Shown here: positions 11,569 through 23,663 of the stretch, piece after piece
Position numbering within the stretch: the first letter of the stretch is position 1
How the letters are laid out: each line of letters starts with the position of its first letter
Origin: Spirogloea muscicola
Lineage: Eukaryota
Assembly: GCA_009602725.1 (NCBI GenBank)
Contig: WELB01000018.1
Coordinates: 840,862-891,158 of the forward strand
Length of the DNA: 50,297 nt
Reading direction: 5' to 3'
Notes under the pieces: generated by a model
Databases searched by the model: none
What the model was told of the DNA's origin: nothing
Seen by the model: only the letters and a program-made list of their open reading frames with translations
Translations under genes and position numbers: made by a program

Positions 11569-12682
11569 TCGTCAGGGGGATTGGTTTCCGGCAGCTAGTC
11601 GTTCGGATATGCGGCTCCTCACTCGTCCGTAATGACTGGTTCATCCCTCCCCAGTTCTGAGACTGCGCTTTTGACCCCTTCGAACCTTGTCAGTTCTGTT
11701 CGGGGCTGGCTTTTCACAGCCCTTGCTCCCATTGGGATAGCCCCTTTATCGGAGTAGTGGCTCCCTTTCTCGGAGAGAGACTGCCTGTAGAGGGCGATGG
11801 CTGTGATTGGCTAGCCCAGAAAATTTGAACATCTTTGAAGGGGTCAGAAATGCGCTAAAGCGCCTCGGAGCTCCAGTGGCGTGCCCAGTCGTCCATCGTC
11901 ACGGCGGAAGAAGCAGCTCGTTAGAACAGCTCTTCCGAAAGTAAGGCAATGGCTGTAAGAAGTGGCTGTCCCCACGGGGGCAAGGGCTGTGAACAGCCAG
12001 CCCGAAAAGAATGGTCCGAAGGGGCCAAAAGCGCTGTCTTAGAGCTGCAAGAGGCCAACCCAGAAGCTATGGACACGTGAGCTCATCCGAAGGGGGTCAG
12101 GGCTGTGAAAAGCCAGCCCAAGAAGGTCCGAAGGAGTCGGAAAGCTTATACCATGCAGAAGAAGCAAGAGACCACTAAGGATGGCTGCTCAGAACCCTAG
12201 TCAGCAGCCGCCGCGAAAGGGCGTTATTGGTTGCGTTGCTTTCATTGGCCCTGTCCTCTTGCGTCGCATATCTGTGTTTCGCCATGGTGCCCATGGCCAT
12301 CCCAAATCAAAGTTCTTCTAGAAGGGACCATGGCTGTAAAAAGTAAGTGGCTCTCCCAATGGGGCAAAGGGCTGTGAAAATCCAGCCCGAGGAGAATTGA
12401 CAGAGGTTCGAAGGGGCCAAGTGACGGAAGAGCCTGTGAAAGGCCAGCTCGAAAAGAGTGCACAAGAGCCAAAGGAGTCGTCGGAGGAAAACGTCGAGCC
12501 AGCCCAGAAACTTATGAGCGAGGTGTTCATCCAGCCTCCCTCCGCCAGGGATTTTCCTTGAGGCTGGCCTCGGAATTTTCACAGCCATTGCCATCACGAA
12601 CAGCGGTGCGCTAGCCCGACGAATGTCGGGTGGCTGGCTACTCACTCCCCCAAATCCGAAGCCGTGCGATGTGAAATCGACG

Positions 12683-12726
12683 GGCGGCCTAGCTCAGTCC
12701 GTAGAGCGCAAGGCTCTTAACCTTGT
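12683..12726 (+). tRNA. 5' half of tRNA-Lys(CTT), truncated after the anticodon arm (pseudo-tRNA)
   Basis: ggcggccTAGCTCAGTCCGTAGAGCGCAAGGCTCTTAACCTTGT contains a D-arm and the anticodon stem CAAGG/CCTTG with loop CTCTTAA, closely resembling plant tRNA-Lys(CTT). The T-arm, B box and 3' acceptor strand are absent. Confidence 0.8.
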
Positions 12727-13029
12727 ACGTCTTTCCCCCGGCTAGCTACTCCGACTTGCATCTCCTGACTAGAGGTTACTGAGCGTCCTCTGGCTGATGT
12801 CTTCGTCCTAGTCCAAAGGCATGGACTGTAATGTAGTTCTTTTTCGGCACCTCTTTCGTTTTAAAGAAAAGCGCGGCACCTCTTTCTTTGGCTTGGGATA
12901 TTGTCCACTCTTTTTGGGCTGGCTTTGCCAGCCACTCTTCTCTATGGGCGAGCACTTCTCTCTTACATTGCGAGACTTGTTTCTATACAACGTCAAAGTA
13001 TGGAGATCCCCCCGGGGTCGGCGGGCCTA

Positions 13030-13945
13030 GTTTGAAACGCCTTCTTGCACAGTTCGGGAATCGAAGGACGAGCTCTGCAGGGGGTGTTCATCGAGGCGGG
13101 CTTCGTACCCGACGTGCTGACCTGGTCGCCATCCCGCCCGGCGGCGGTTCCCGCATCATCGCCGACGTGGTGACAACGCACTGCTTCGACTCCGCCAATC
13201 CCACCAGGTCAGCGTCGCTTGCAGGGCATGCGGTAGGCCTGGCGGCCCGGGGCACAGAGCAAAACTACGCCGACCACCCGGTTGGTGATGAGTGTTCGCG
13301 GCCCTGGCAATCGACGTCCACGGGGCGTTCGGCAGCCGCTGGCTGGATCTCCGCCAGCGGCTTGCCCGTCAGGCTATTGACCGGTGGCCCGGTCTGCCAG
13401 GGGCGCTGCCCGGCTTCAACGCCGCCGGGTCGCTCGCCCAAGTCTTTCGCATGCGCCTGGCGGTGTCGTTCCAACGTTCCCTTGCCCATGCAGTCCACAC
13501 GCGCGCAGGACGCGCTCTGGCCGCCGCCTCCGGGTCTAGAGAATAAGACACGACGAAGTCACAGGAAGCTCAATACCCCGGGTGAGCAACATCAGGTCGG
13601 AGTAGCTCGACGCAGGAAAAGAAGCATCCAGATGCGAACCAGAAGCAGCCGCGATAGCGCTGCCCGCACGCGAGTGGACGGCATAGGCGAGGGAGCGTTG
13701 GAGGGACACGGAGAGCCGCATCCGGAAGACCTGGGCCAGGGAGCCGGCCGCGGCGGAGTGCCTCCTTCCCTGCATCGAGCTACTCTGACCTGATGTTGCT
13801 CACTCGCGGGTACTGAGCCTCCCAAGTATGTTGTCGTGTTCGGTAGAGTAGTCCTTTTTCGGCAACTCTTTCTTTGGCTTTGGACATTGTCCATTGTTTT
13901 TAGGCTGGCTTTGCCAGCCCCTCTTCTCTATGGGCGAGCACTTTC
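13030..13945 (+). mobile_element. Longest element copy: degenerate restriction-like endonuclease (PD-(D/E)xK) domain of a CRE/R2/NeSL-type non-LTR retrotransposon, interrupted by an inverted copy
   Basis: RRADLVAIPPGGGSRIIADVVTTH...AGHAVGLAARGTEQNYADHPVGDE [frameshift] FAALAIDVHGAFGSRWLDLRQRLA...FRMRLAVSFQRSLAHAVHTRAGRALAAASG. After the insert it resumes as ASFPASSYSDLMLLTRGY*. This matches the R(P/A)D...D...K..KY...F.P.A.(E/D)..G...R.SV..QR layout of REL domains; the catalytic Lys is absent. Confidence 0.8.
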
Positions 13946-15778
13946 GTTCTGGGCTCCCTCGCTCATGCCGTCCACTCGCGTGCCGGCCGCGCTATCGCGG
14001 CTGCTTCTGGGTTGCGTCTGAATGCATCGTTTCCTGCTTCGAGCTACTCCGACCTGATGTTGCTCACCCGTGGGTATTGAGCTTCCTGTGATTTCGTCGT
14101 GTTTATTGTCTTGCTGCCTAGCTGCGTGTTTTTTTTGGCTTTCGACATTGTCCATTCTTTCTGGGCTGGCTTTGTTGGCACCTTTCTATGGGCGAGCACC
14201 TCTTCTGCTGGCTGTTCCAGCCCATATCCTCAATGGGCGAGCCCTTTCTTTCTACCCTTGTCCATTCTTTCTGGGCTGGCTTTTCATAGCCCCGCCCCCT
14301 TCGGAAGAGCTCACTTCTATCCCCGTGCACCACGAGTGTGACGTGCAGGAAAGTGATCAAAGAAGAACGGCTCGCCCATTGAGGATAGGGTACAACGTCG
14401 GCGAGGCTCTTGGTCGGCGAGGTTTTTGAGAATTCCCACGTTCGTCATTGTACACTTCGTTATGCGTTTCTCTATGGGCGAGCACTTCCTTGTTTGTCAT
14501 TGTACACTTCGTCATGCGTTTCTCTATGGGCGAGCACTTTCTTCTCCATCGCTTATCAGTACGCCACCAGTCAATCTGGCCGCGCTTTCTCTTTTATCAG
14601 TAAGCTTGGGTCCCCCCTGCACGTTCCGATGACGTCAGTTTGACGAAACGGCCGCCGTCGGCCCCGAACTCCGCCGTCGGGAGGGCGGGCGGTTCTCTGC
14701 CGGGCCGGCTGCTAGGCCAGCCGGTTAACAGAATCTGACTGACGCTGGGTCAGTAGTGGAACATACTGGAACTTATTTGTTCAAAAGCAGAATAGAGAAA
14801 AGAAATGAAAAGTTGCAGAAGAAGAAGTGCTCGCCCATAGAGAAGAGTTGCAGAAGAAAGTGCTCGCCCATTGAGAATAGGGGCTGGAACAACCAGCCCG
14901 AAAAAGAATGAACAGAGTACGAGAAGGGGGCCAGGGGAAGCGCTAAGTAACAGAAACAAAGCTGCTACGAGACACTCAGTAACCCCTGCTAAGCAGCCGC
15001 AGATCAGAGATGCTGGGCTCCTGGAAGTGGGTCCCCTGGCCAGAGCCAGAGGCAGCAGCGAGGGCTCCGCCGGCACGAAGGTGCAGCGCCCGGGCCATGG
15101 ACCTCTGCAGCGAGACGGCCAGGCGCATTCGATACACTTGCGCCAGCGACCCGGCTGCAGGGAAGTCAAGGGGGCAGAGCTCGACAATTGCAGACCATGC
15201 TTGAGCACTTGTAGTAGTCCTTTTTCGGCACCTCTTTCTTTGGCTTTGGACATTTGTCCATCATTTTTGGGCTGGCTTTGGGCTGGCCAGCCCCTCTTCT
15301 CTATGTGCGAGCACTTTCTTCTTGACTTCTTCTTGACTGGCTTATCACAGCCCTTGCCCCCACTTGGAGTGCCACTTCTTCTTCTTAAAGCATTGAACAG
15401 GTCGACTTGTCCAGGTTGGATAGACCGGCCAACCCCTTTCAATTCTGCCCGCTAATGGACATGGACAGTCTGCAGGCCTAATTGGCAGTTGGGAAGCCAG
15501 GTGACTTGATCAGGAACACCGCAGCCCGCGCCAGGAGCGCTCCCCCGCATCCTCCGCCGCCGCCGCCGCCGCTGAGAGCGCCGCGCCGGACGCGGCGGTC
15601 TAGCCCGAGAGGGGCCGGCGGCGCCGGCGCCGCAGATGGTCCTCCGCATGCGGCCGACTCCCCCGACGCGCCGCTGCTNNNNNNNNNNNNNNNNNNNNNN
15701 NNNNNNNNNNNNNNNNNNNNNNNNNNNNNNNNNNNNNNNNNNNNNNNNNNNNNNNNNGAGCGCGGGCGCCTGACTGGC

Positions 15779-18700
15779 ATGCCCGCGGCGGGCGCCGCCC
15801 CAGCCGCCGTCGCCGCCGCCTCTGACGTGCCGCTCATCGACTTTGGCGACGACGACCAGGCCGCGCCCGCCGCTGCCGCCGACCCGTTCCTTGGCGAGGC
15901 CGTGGCCCGCTCGTCAGCCGCGTGGTTGCCGCAGCAGCCCGAGCCCGTGGCGACATTGGCAGCACCGGCGTGGTTGGATGGCGGAGCACCAGCGTCGGCA
16001 TCGCTGCTGGCCGTCGGTGGCAGCCAATTCCAGGGGCCGCCGCCGAGCTCCACGAACCCCTTCGACCCTTACGCGCAGCTCGCGCCGCCACCGGTGTCGC
16101 TAAGCCGTACTTCGTCCGGCAGCCAGCCGCCAATCGTGAGCCCTCCTCGCTCGGGCCAAGTGGGGCTGGTGGACAGCGGTGGCGGCCTCTTGCAGCCCTC
16201 CTTCCGAGACTACTGGGAGCCGTCGTTGCCGTCCAGCCGGGCGCACAGCATCAGCAGCGAGGGTGGCGGCGACCACAGCCTGCCTGCGAGCCCGCTGAAG
16301 GCCGCTGCGTTCAGCGGGGACGACCTCGACTTCTCCTTCTTCCGGCAGCAGCCTCCGCAGGTCGCATCGCCGTCACTGCCACCTGGGCCGCCGCGGCAAA
16401 GTAACCAAGGCCGCCGCAGGAGCACGTCAGATGAAGCCCTGCCGAATGGAGCTCGCTCGGAGGCCGGGGCGGCCTTCGAGGCGGCTGGGCCGACTTCGCC
16501 GCGGTACGGGTCGTCCCCAGACACGACGAGGCAGGGCCTGAGGCAGTTGCCGAGGGCTGGGTACGGCGGCGCTGGCGCTGGCGCTGGCAGCATGGGCAGC
16601 TCCTTGCCTACCACCAGCGGCGGCAGTCCAGCACTGACTGAGTATAGGGGTCCTGTCCGTTACCCTGTGCATCCTGCACGACCGGTGCCCCTGGAGGTCC
16701 GGCCACACCCTTTGGAGGGCACGCTGCAGTCGGAGCAGCGCGTGAAGCACATTGCCTGCTCCAGGACAGCAGTCTGGGGCGCCACGTCCGCCGGGCTGCC
16801 GGTGTGGGACTTGGGGGCGGCACTTGGGAAGGGCGCCCAGAGTGACGGCAACCCGCCGTCGGAGGATGGCTCTGCCGCATGCGCATTCGTGCCCGTCCAC
16901 GGGCCGAGCGTGACCTGTCTCGCTGTGGACACATCCCAGCACATTGTCTGGGGTGGTGACAGAGACGGCCGCGCGCGGGCGTGGCCGCTGGATGTGAGCG
17001 CTGAGCCAGGGAGGAACGAGCAGGAGGTGGCAGCCGCACTCCTTGTCTGGCAGGCGCACAAGTCGGCAGTGACGGCCATCACAGTAACCCCTTATGGTGA
17101 GGGGGATGTCCTGCCCGTCACTTGGGCTCGCTGCTGATGATGCATTGCATCAATACATTTTTGCAATTACTATGTGACTGTGGTCAAGTCCTACTCCAGC
17201 TGTTGTCCAGGGGCTCCTCCCTTGACACCCTGTGCATTTGTGACTCCCACTCTGGCAGTGGCCTTATGCAATGGCCGCTCGGTTGAAGAGCAGGGGAGCT
17301 ATGGACCGGCTCGGAGCATGGGAGCATCCGTGCGTGGCCCTGGGAGTTTGCGAGCCGCGCTCTCAAGACAGCGGCTCGCGGCGACCCATCAGCGGCCTCG
17401 TTCCTGGCTCAGGCTGGTCAGGATGTACGGGGCCAGGTGGCCCTTGGCAGCAACTCGTCCGGCCTCGTCCACTCGGATGTGAGATTTCTGGTTGCTGATT
17501 GCGCCAATGGCCGCGTCTGGAGCGGCGGCTTCCATTGCATCGCAATTTGGTGAGCGCAACGAGGGGCATTTGCATGGACAAATGGAATATGTGCATTGTT
17601 TCTTTTCCTCTGGCTCTGGCTCTGGCTCCATGAATGCCTAAAGTCATCATTGTCTTTTGTATCTCCCAGTAATTAAGTTGCATGTTGAATTCTGACGGTG
17701 CAGGGATGCCCAGACGCGAGACTTGCTCAGAATCATCGGCCCCAATGCCCAGCACGAGTTTGGCGGGGTGTCACCAACATGGACTGAGCGCGAGCCCGTG
17801 GCAGCGTCGCCCACTGAGGAGGGCGAAACACCCGTGCTTGACGACCTCAGCCGCGGGTACATGAAGGTGAAGTTCAGCAAGGAGCGCAAGGACAAGGGAG
17901 GGCGCGAGGGTGGTGCCAGGAAGGAGCCGTGGGGCTTCTGGCAGAAGAGCCTGGGCGCTGTGCGGCGCGCCGCCACTGGCGAGAGCAGGGCGGTTGGCGA
18001 GGATGGTGGTGGCAGACCCGGTTGGGGTAAGCTTGGGGCACTCGCTGCGGCGCCAGACGGCACGGTGTGGGGCGGCTTTGGTAGGGGCGTACTTGTCCAG
18101 TGGGACCGGCATGGCAGCCGGCTGCTGGAGGCTACGCCACACAGTGCAGTGGCCATTCGCAGCCTTTGCGTGGTCGGCACGCGTCTCTGGGTCGGCTACA
18201 AGGACGGCAAGATCGTCGTTGTGAGCTGCAAGAGCGCGAAGAAGCTTGGTGGCTGGGAGGCCCACAGCAAGAGCATCAGCCAGCTGGCAGCCTGCGGGGG
18301 TTACATTGTCTCGCTGGCCTCGCATGGCGGCATACGTGCCTGGCTCTCCCTCTCGCCCTCGCCGGTGGACATGGACCTACGTGCCGCAATGTCCACGCGC
18401 TCTGAGCTCTACACCCGCTTCCGAGACCTGCAGATACTGTGCACCACCTGGAACGTGGGTGAAGGGCGGCCCAGCGTGGACGCCTTCCAGATGTGGCTGG
18501 GTGGTGCGGAGGTGGACAATGCAAGCATCGTCGTCATTGGATTGCAGGAGATTGAGGTTGGGGCTGGGTCCATAGCCGTGGCAGCAGCCAAAGAGTCGGT
18601 AAGTCGGCGATCACAAAAAAACAGAACCCCACATACCAACCCGAGAGACTACAGATGTTAGACACCAACTGTGGTTATCACAGTGGCGAGAGCATGTTAA

Positions 18701-21700
18701 GCTGTTGCCTTAATGTGGAACCATGCATACATCCTCAATGAAATAGCAAGAAGCTGACCTGTGGTCCTCCTGCAGGTGGGCATGGGGCTGCAGGAGAAGG
18801 GCAGCGCCAATGCAGCCTGGTGGCTGGCCAACATCTCGGCCACCCTCCGCAAGCACGAGCGGCTGGTGTCGCGGCAGCTCGCCGGCATGCTTATTGGTGT
18901 CTGGTGCGGTTACGCCACTCTCATCTGGGTCCTTGTGTCTCCCCCCCTGGAAGGCAGCAGCCCAATATCACATGCTACTGTGCATGGCACCTGGCCAAAA
19001 CAATTTTAACTGCTTTGGCAGGCATTGACAGCGTCGCACCTTGCCCCTGTACTGTGCGCTCTTGCTTTGTCATCTAGTTGACCTCTGCAGTCAGTTCTCT
19101 ACAGGGTCAAGAGGAGGCTGCTGCCCTCAGTTGGTCAAGTGGAAGTGGGTGCAGTCGCCTGTGGTTTTGGCCGGGCCCTGGGCAACAAGGTGCCTCCAGC
19201 ATAGCAAGCCGCCATTGATTATGATTTCATGTGGTAGCAGGACGCTATAAGACTGTCCCTTATAGTATAGCTTGTCAGATATGCATGTGCTCAGTCGGGG
19301 ATATCAGTGTCCCCCTTAGCCAGCTCATTACCCAGTTAACAGGACATTTGTAAGGCTAGAATTGGCTTCCCATTCAATTTCATGCGCATTGCGCACCTTC
19401 TCCCTTAAGATCCTGCATCTGTGAATTTTGTAACATAATATAGATGGCTCAGCCTTAACAAGCTGCGCACAGCCTTCCCTTCCTCACTCCGTATGTGAGC
19501 AGTAGTCATGCAGAGTGGCAAATGGCAATTCGATGGTAAGACAAGCTTATCTGAAAGTGAGACGTTGGTTCTGCATCCAGGGCTCAGTGGGCGTGCGGAT
19601 GATGATCGACAGGAGAGTGCTTTGCTTTGTCAACAGCCACCTGGCAGCTCACCAGGATGCCGTTGACAAGCGAAACCAGGACTTCAGGCACAGCTATCAC
19701 CACTTAGTGTTTGGCAGGGTCCTGGGCACTGTGGGCACTGCGGCGACAAGTGTGGCAACGGCAGCGGCAGGTGAGCAAATGACTGGCTGTCCAAAGAGTT
19801 AATGTCATGCAGGCAATCTACAAGCAGCAGAAGGAGGAACATACTTGTATACGTGCTTCACTCAATAACTTTCGGTGCTTGTTTGATGGGCTGCTTTGTC
19901 ATTTTGGCACAGCCGGCGTGTCGTCGAGCGTTAAGGGGTTTCGAAAATTTGCCCGAGCCCGCACGCAAGCGGTGCAGCCAGTCACGGATGGGGATGACAC
20001 AGAGGTGGATGGAGAGTCGGCGCCAGCAGAGGTTAGTCTTACAGAGGCGATGTGACGCAAACGATTGCTGTGACCCAGAAGATTAATATGACTTCAGTCG
20101 TTAGTGACTAATAGTGTTTAGCTTCATCTGCTAAGTTCAGAAGTGAGTACGAGACGTGCCGGCTGGTTGTTGTGCAATGCCATTTGCTGCTGGTCTGAAT
20201 AAATGCTGGTCTTGACCAGGAGGCTATCGCGTGTGTTGAGATGTGGCTCAATAGGTTGACTAGCAAGCTTGACCACTGCAGAACATTGATGATGGGCTTC
20301 CAGATAGCAACATCCTGCCAGACCTTGCGGATGCTGATCTGGTCCTGTGGATGGGCGATTTCAACTACCGCATTGCCAACCTGACTTACGAGGAGGTTGT
20401 TGGGGCTATCAAGGATGGGGACCTGGCGACTCTCCAGGACAATGACCAGCTGCGGCTGGAGAAAGCTGCAGGCAGGACATTTGTTGGCTTGCACGAGGCC
20501 GCCATCACGTTCCCTCCGACCTACAAATTCGATAAAGGCTCCAATGATCCATTGGGTGAGGACTTCCTTATCACCTGCGCCATGCAGGCAGCGTGAAGCC
20601 AGTGTGTACCAAATTGCAAATTAAAATGTGAAGACTGTGGTAGTCTCCGGTAGGCAAATCCTGATGCAAGTTGTGCTTATGCTGCATGACTATCATTTAA
20701 GCTTATACATATGCTACTGTCCTCTTTAGGTTATGATTCCAGTGAGAAGCGGAGGATACCTGCCTACTGCGACAGGGTCCTCTTTCGCGACTCAGCACAA
20801 GCCCCCCAGGAGACACTTGCAGCAGCTCTGTGCCACCCAATACATGCTAATGTCCTCAGGTGTGCTTGTGTCCTAATTCATTCAGCTGTGGTTACAAGCT
20901 GTGATAGTCAGTATTGCAAGCACAGCCAACACCTACTTGGGGCGAGCATATCATTTGAGACTGTGAGATTGTGAAAGCAAAAGAGCTCTTTGAAAATTTG
21001 CAATGTTTTGGCAAGGTTGTTCCTGCTCTCTGGCATAAAGGAGAGGTGCGCCTTAGACTGGGCTAGGGCATCAAAGAGCAGCAGACAAGTGCTGACTCAC
21101 AGCAAACTCTGACATAAGTATCTACTCTGCTGACAGGTACGATGCGTGTTTGGGCGTTATAGACAGCGATCACAAGCCCGTCTTTTGCTTGCTTGATGTT
21201 GAAATGGCTGTGGTCGACGACGCGGCACAGCGGGAGCAATATGGCAACGTGCTGCGCACGGACCCCATGGTGAGAGGCCCTCTCCAACAAGCGCCATGGC
21301 CTCACACAGTCTGCTTGCTAAGCTTGTCCTGTGGATTATACTCATTAGATAGGTGCTGTGATGGGGGCACACCCGCATGAAGTCTTGTTACCATGTCCAC
21401 AAACAGAAACCAAGCTCTCATCCAATTGTATTCTATGACATGGACATCACATTGAAAGCGGAACACACTGACCTTCGTGCAGGTGGTGGGAGCGCTTCAG
21501 CAGGCGGAACTGGTGCCTTCCGTGACAGTGAGCTCCAGCAGGCTGTTGCTCTCTGGGGGGTCGCCAAGCCGCGTGATGGTGGTCAACACCAGCCCGAGCG
21601 ATTGTGCTATATTTGAGATCTCCAGCGATGGTGATCCAACCCCTGTCAACTGCCATTGCGGGAATGAGGACCACGGAGTCCTCAGCGCCGCAAAGGGGCC

Positions 21701-22327
21701 CAAGGCAGGCGGTGGCCTTCCAAACTGGCTGCAGGTACTGCAAGTGACGACGAGCCATTAGCATCTAAATCGTTCTTTGTCGAACGCTTCTGCAGTCTGA
21801 CAGCATCTTTGACATTGTATCACTGCTTCAATACATTGTCTATTCTTTGGTCGTCAGGAAGCCCTTGCCCCTTTGTCACTACCTTTAGTCACGTACATGA
21901 CTCGTTCTGCTTCAAGTGTTGCGTTTGGTGATAGGTCTATCCGGCCTCGGGCATGCTTCTTCCCAAGGAGTCAGCGCTGGTGCAGATATTGTGCTGCTCT
22001 GGGCAGACCAGCGACGGCGACAGCCCGCGGAGCAACTCATGGACGGAGAGCCAGCGGGACAAAGCAGTGGTGCTGGTCGTCACGGTGCGCGGGCCTTTCT
22101 CTGCCAGCAGCTCAGAGCACCGGCTGTGTGTCTGCCACGGGGGGTCAGTCAAGCGGCTGGCTGGCTACGTGCAGCAGGAGGACGTGGCTGAGCTGAAGGA
22201 CCAAGGGCAGCCGGCGTGGGAGCACGTAAGCGACGCCGAGGAGGGAGAAGAGCAGCCCTCAAAGCCTCGGCCCTTGCCGCAGGAGCGCAGCCCGCCTCCC
22301 TTGCCGGATCTTTTGCAGTGGGACTAA
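15779..22327 (+). CDS. Type II inositol polyphosphate 5-phosphatase with N-terminal WD40 repeats (At5PTase12-14/FRA3-like), multi-exon; true start may lie in or before the 79-nt gap
   Basis: WD40-type exons ([57 protein letters not shown]). Catalytic motifs [47 protein letters not shown] and SDHKPV appear in order. Stop TAA at 22325-22327. Confidence 0.95.
19268..19402 (+). repeat. Dispersed ~120-135 bp repeat, copy 2, inside a 5-phosphatase intron
   Basis: Matches 11447-11568 (tagcttgtcagat...gtcccccttagc...gttaacaggacatttgtaaggct...ccttctc). Confidence 0.8.
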
Positions 22328-23089
22328 TGCTGTCATCGCTGCTCACTGCTACAGTCTGAGGCACCGCTGCTTTTAGCCAGCAGCCTTGCATCTCAGAAAG
22401 GGCATCGCTGCCTCCTCCCGTTACATGATTGTGGCCGGAGCCCAAGGCTGGCTTCGCCAAGCCTCGCACTTGAGCTCAAATTTAGTCATGCCACATAGTT
22501 GTGCCAGTATTTGATGCTCAGTGCTTATGGCCAAGCTGCCCAATGCCAACATGTGCGCTGGTCAGACAGAATTGATAACTTGCAGGCTGCTCAGGCTCGG
22601 GCTAAATCCCAAAGCGCCGTAGATGCAACTCGGAGCTCGTGATTGTTCCCGCCCTTGTAGAGCAACTGGAGCAGCCTCTGCGCTGATGCCACAAGTGACG
22701 TGAGCTAGACCGCTGCTGCTTCATATAGATCGCAGACAGCAGTCTGTCCTGGCGATCTCCATGAGGACTCGCAGTCACCGCAAGTTTCTTAAGCTTTCAA
22801 ACGCACAGCATCTCCCATGGTGCTGGCTCGAGGCCTCCAACAGCATGTGCAAGATGCGTCCCTTCATTGCACACCTGGCCTCCACCTAAACATTTATGCA
22901 CTTCGTATGTCCGACATTCAGCTGCCACAAGAAGAAAGTGTTGGTGTCGTATGACGCTCTTGCTCAGTTGAGCAAGGGCGTCTTCTTTGCTGCTTTTTTT
23001 GCACAACTGTCAGTCCTTGGGCTTCTGCTCAACAGGGGATATTGAGGTGAGCACCCAGTGGCCACTTGAGTCGAGGTGTGCTACAGCGA

Positions 23090-23470
23090 TGTTTTGGCCC
23101 CTTCGCATTTTGGTCATCTTTTTTCTGGGCTGGCCAATCACAGTTATCCTGTGGGGTGGCGCCTCTCGGCCACTGTCCCATTCACTAGACAGTTGAGCAC
23201 ACTGTTCAGCTTCGTGCTGTACGCACTTTGGCTCCTTTGAACATCATCCATCATTATTGGGCTAGCCTCTAACAGCTATTTTCCCCATCAGAAGAGTTCT
23301 TCTCCAAAAAGGACAGGCCATGTCTCCGAGCCCTGAATGCGCACCCGCACGACCAAGGGGGCAACTTGACTTGATTGGAACAGCATTGTGATGCTGCTCC
23401 AATGCTGCACATAAGTGCCGCAAGTCCATGAGGGCAAGCGGCCTCTGAGCCCTCTACTGGAAGCGTCTTG
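23090..23470 (+). mobile_element. Highly degenerate 3'-end fragments of the same repeat family upstream of the methyltransferase
   Basis: ttttggccccttcgcattttggtcatcttttttctgggctggccaatcacag resembles 11669-11722. gccctctactggaagcgtc (~23449-23467) resembles 44289-44300 and the reverse complement of ~39665-39685. Confidence 0.45.
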
Positions 23471-23663
23471 CTTCTGAGACTCCCCAAAGACTCCCCAGTG
23501 GCCACTTCAAGCGTTCACTTCAAGGCTGCTGCTCGTCGAGCCCCTGCTGAAAGTGTTACGGGTGTGCAAGTTGGCAGATTGAGCATCTAAGACTGTTGTG
23601 AGGCGGCGCATAAGACTGCCACCGCCACCGCTGCCGCCCGATGCTGCTTCTGCTCTCGCCTGG

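Larger units (their letters stand above)
10975..15380. mobile_element. Large cluster of tandem, inverted and nested 5'-truncated REL non-LTR retrotransposon copies between two divergent genes
   Basis: Recurrent C-terminal peptide SxSDLxLL(T/S)RG(Y*) at ~12744-12782(+), 13575-13610(-), 13776-13816(+), 14040-14080(+) and 14975-15020(-). More than 10 copies of the motif TTCTTTTTGGGCTGG-n5-CCAGCCC...ATGGGCGAGC occur on both strands. Confidence 0.85.

Noticed and set aside
14620..14670. Hammerhead-ribozyme-like string CCGATGA-CGTCAGTTTGAC-GAAAC-GGCCGCC-GTC
   Set aside because: The core has C instead of the conserved U4, there is an extra base before stem II, and stem I cannot form beyond two G-U pairs and one G-C pair. 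It also reads as a TGACGTCA/TGACG bZIP-like site. Single copy, unsupported.
14648..14680. Possible missing tRNA-Lys 3' half on the - strand (ggagttcggggccgacggcggccg)
   Set aside because: Wrong strand relative to the 5' half, the T-stem does not pair, and the similarity is explicable by GC richness.
11160..15370. CRISPR-like array of hairpin-containing repeats
   Set aside because: Eukaryotic context, irregular spacing, both orientations, spacers homologous to each other and no cas genes; explained as retroelement 3' ends.
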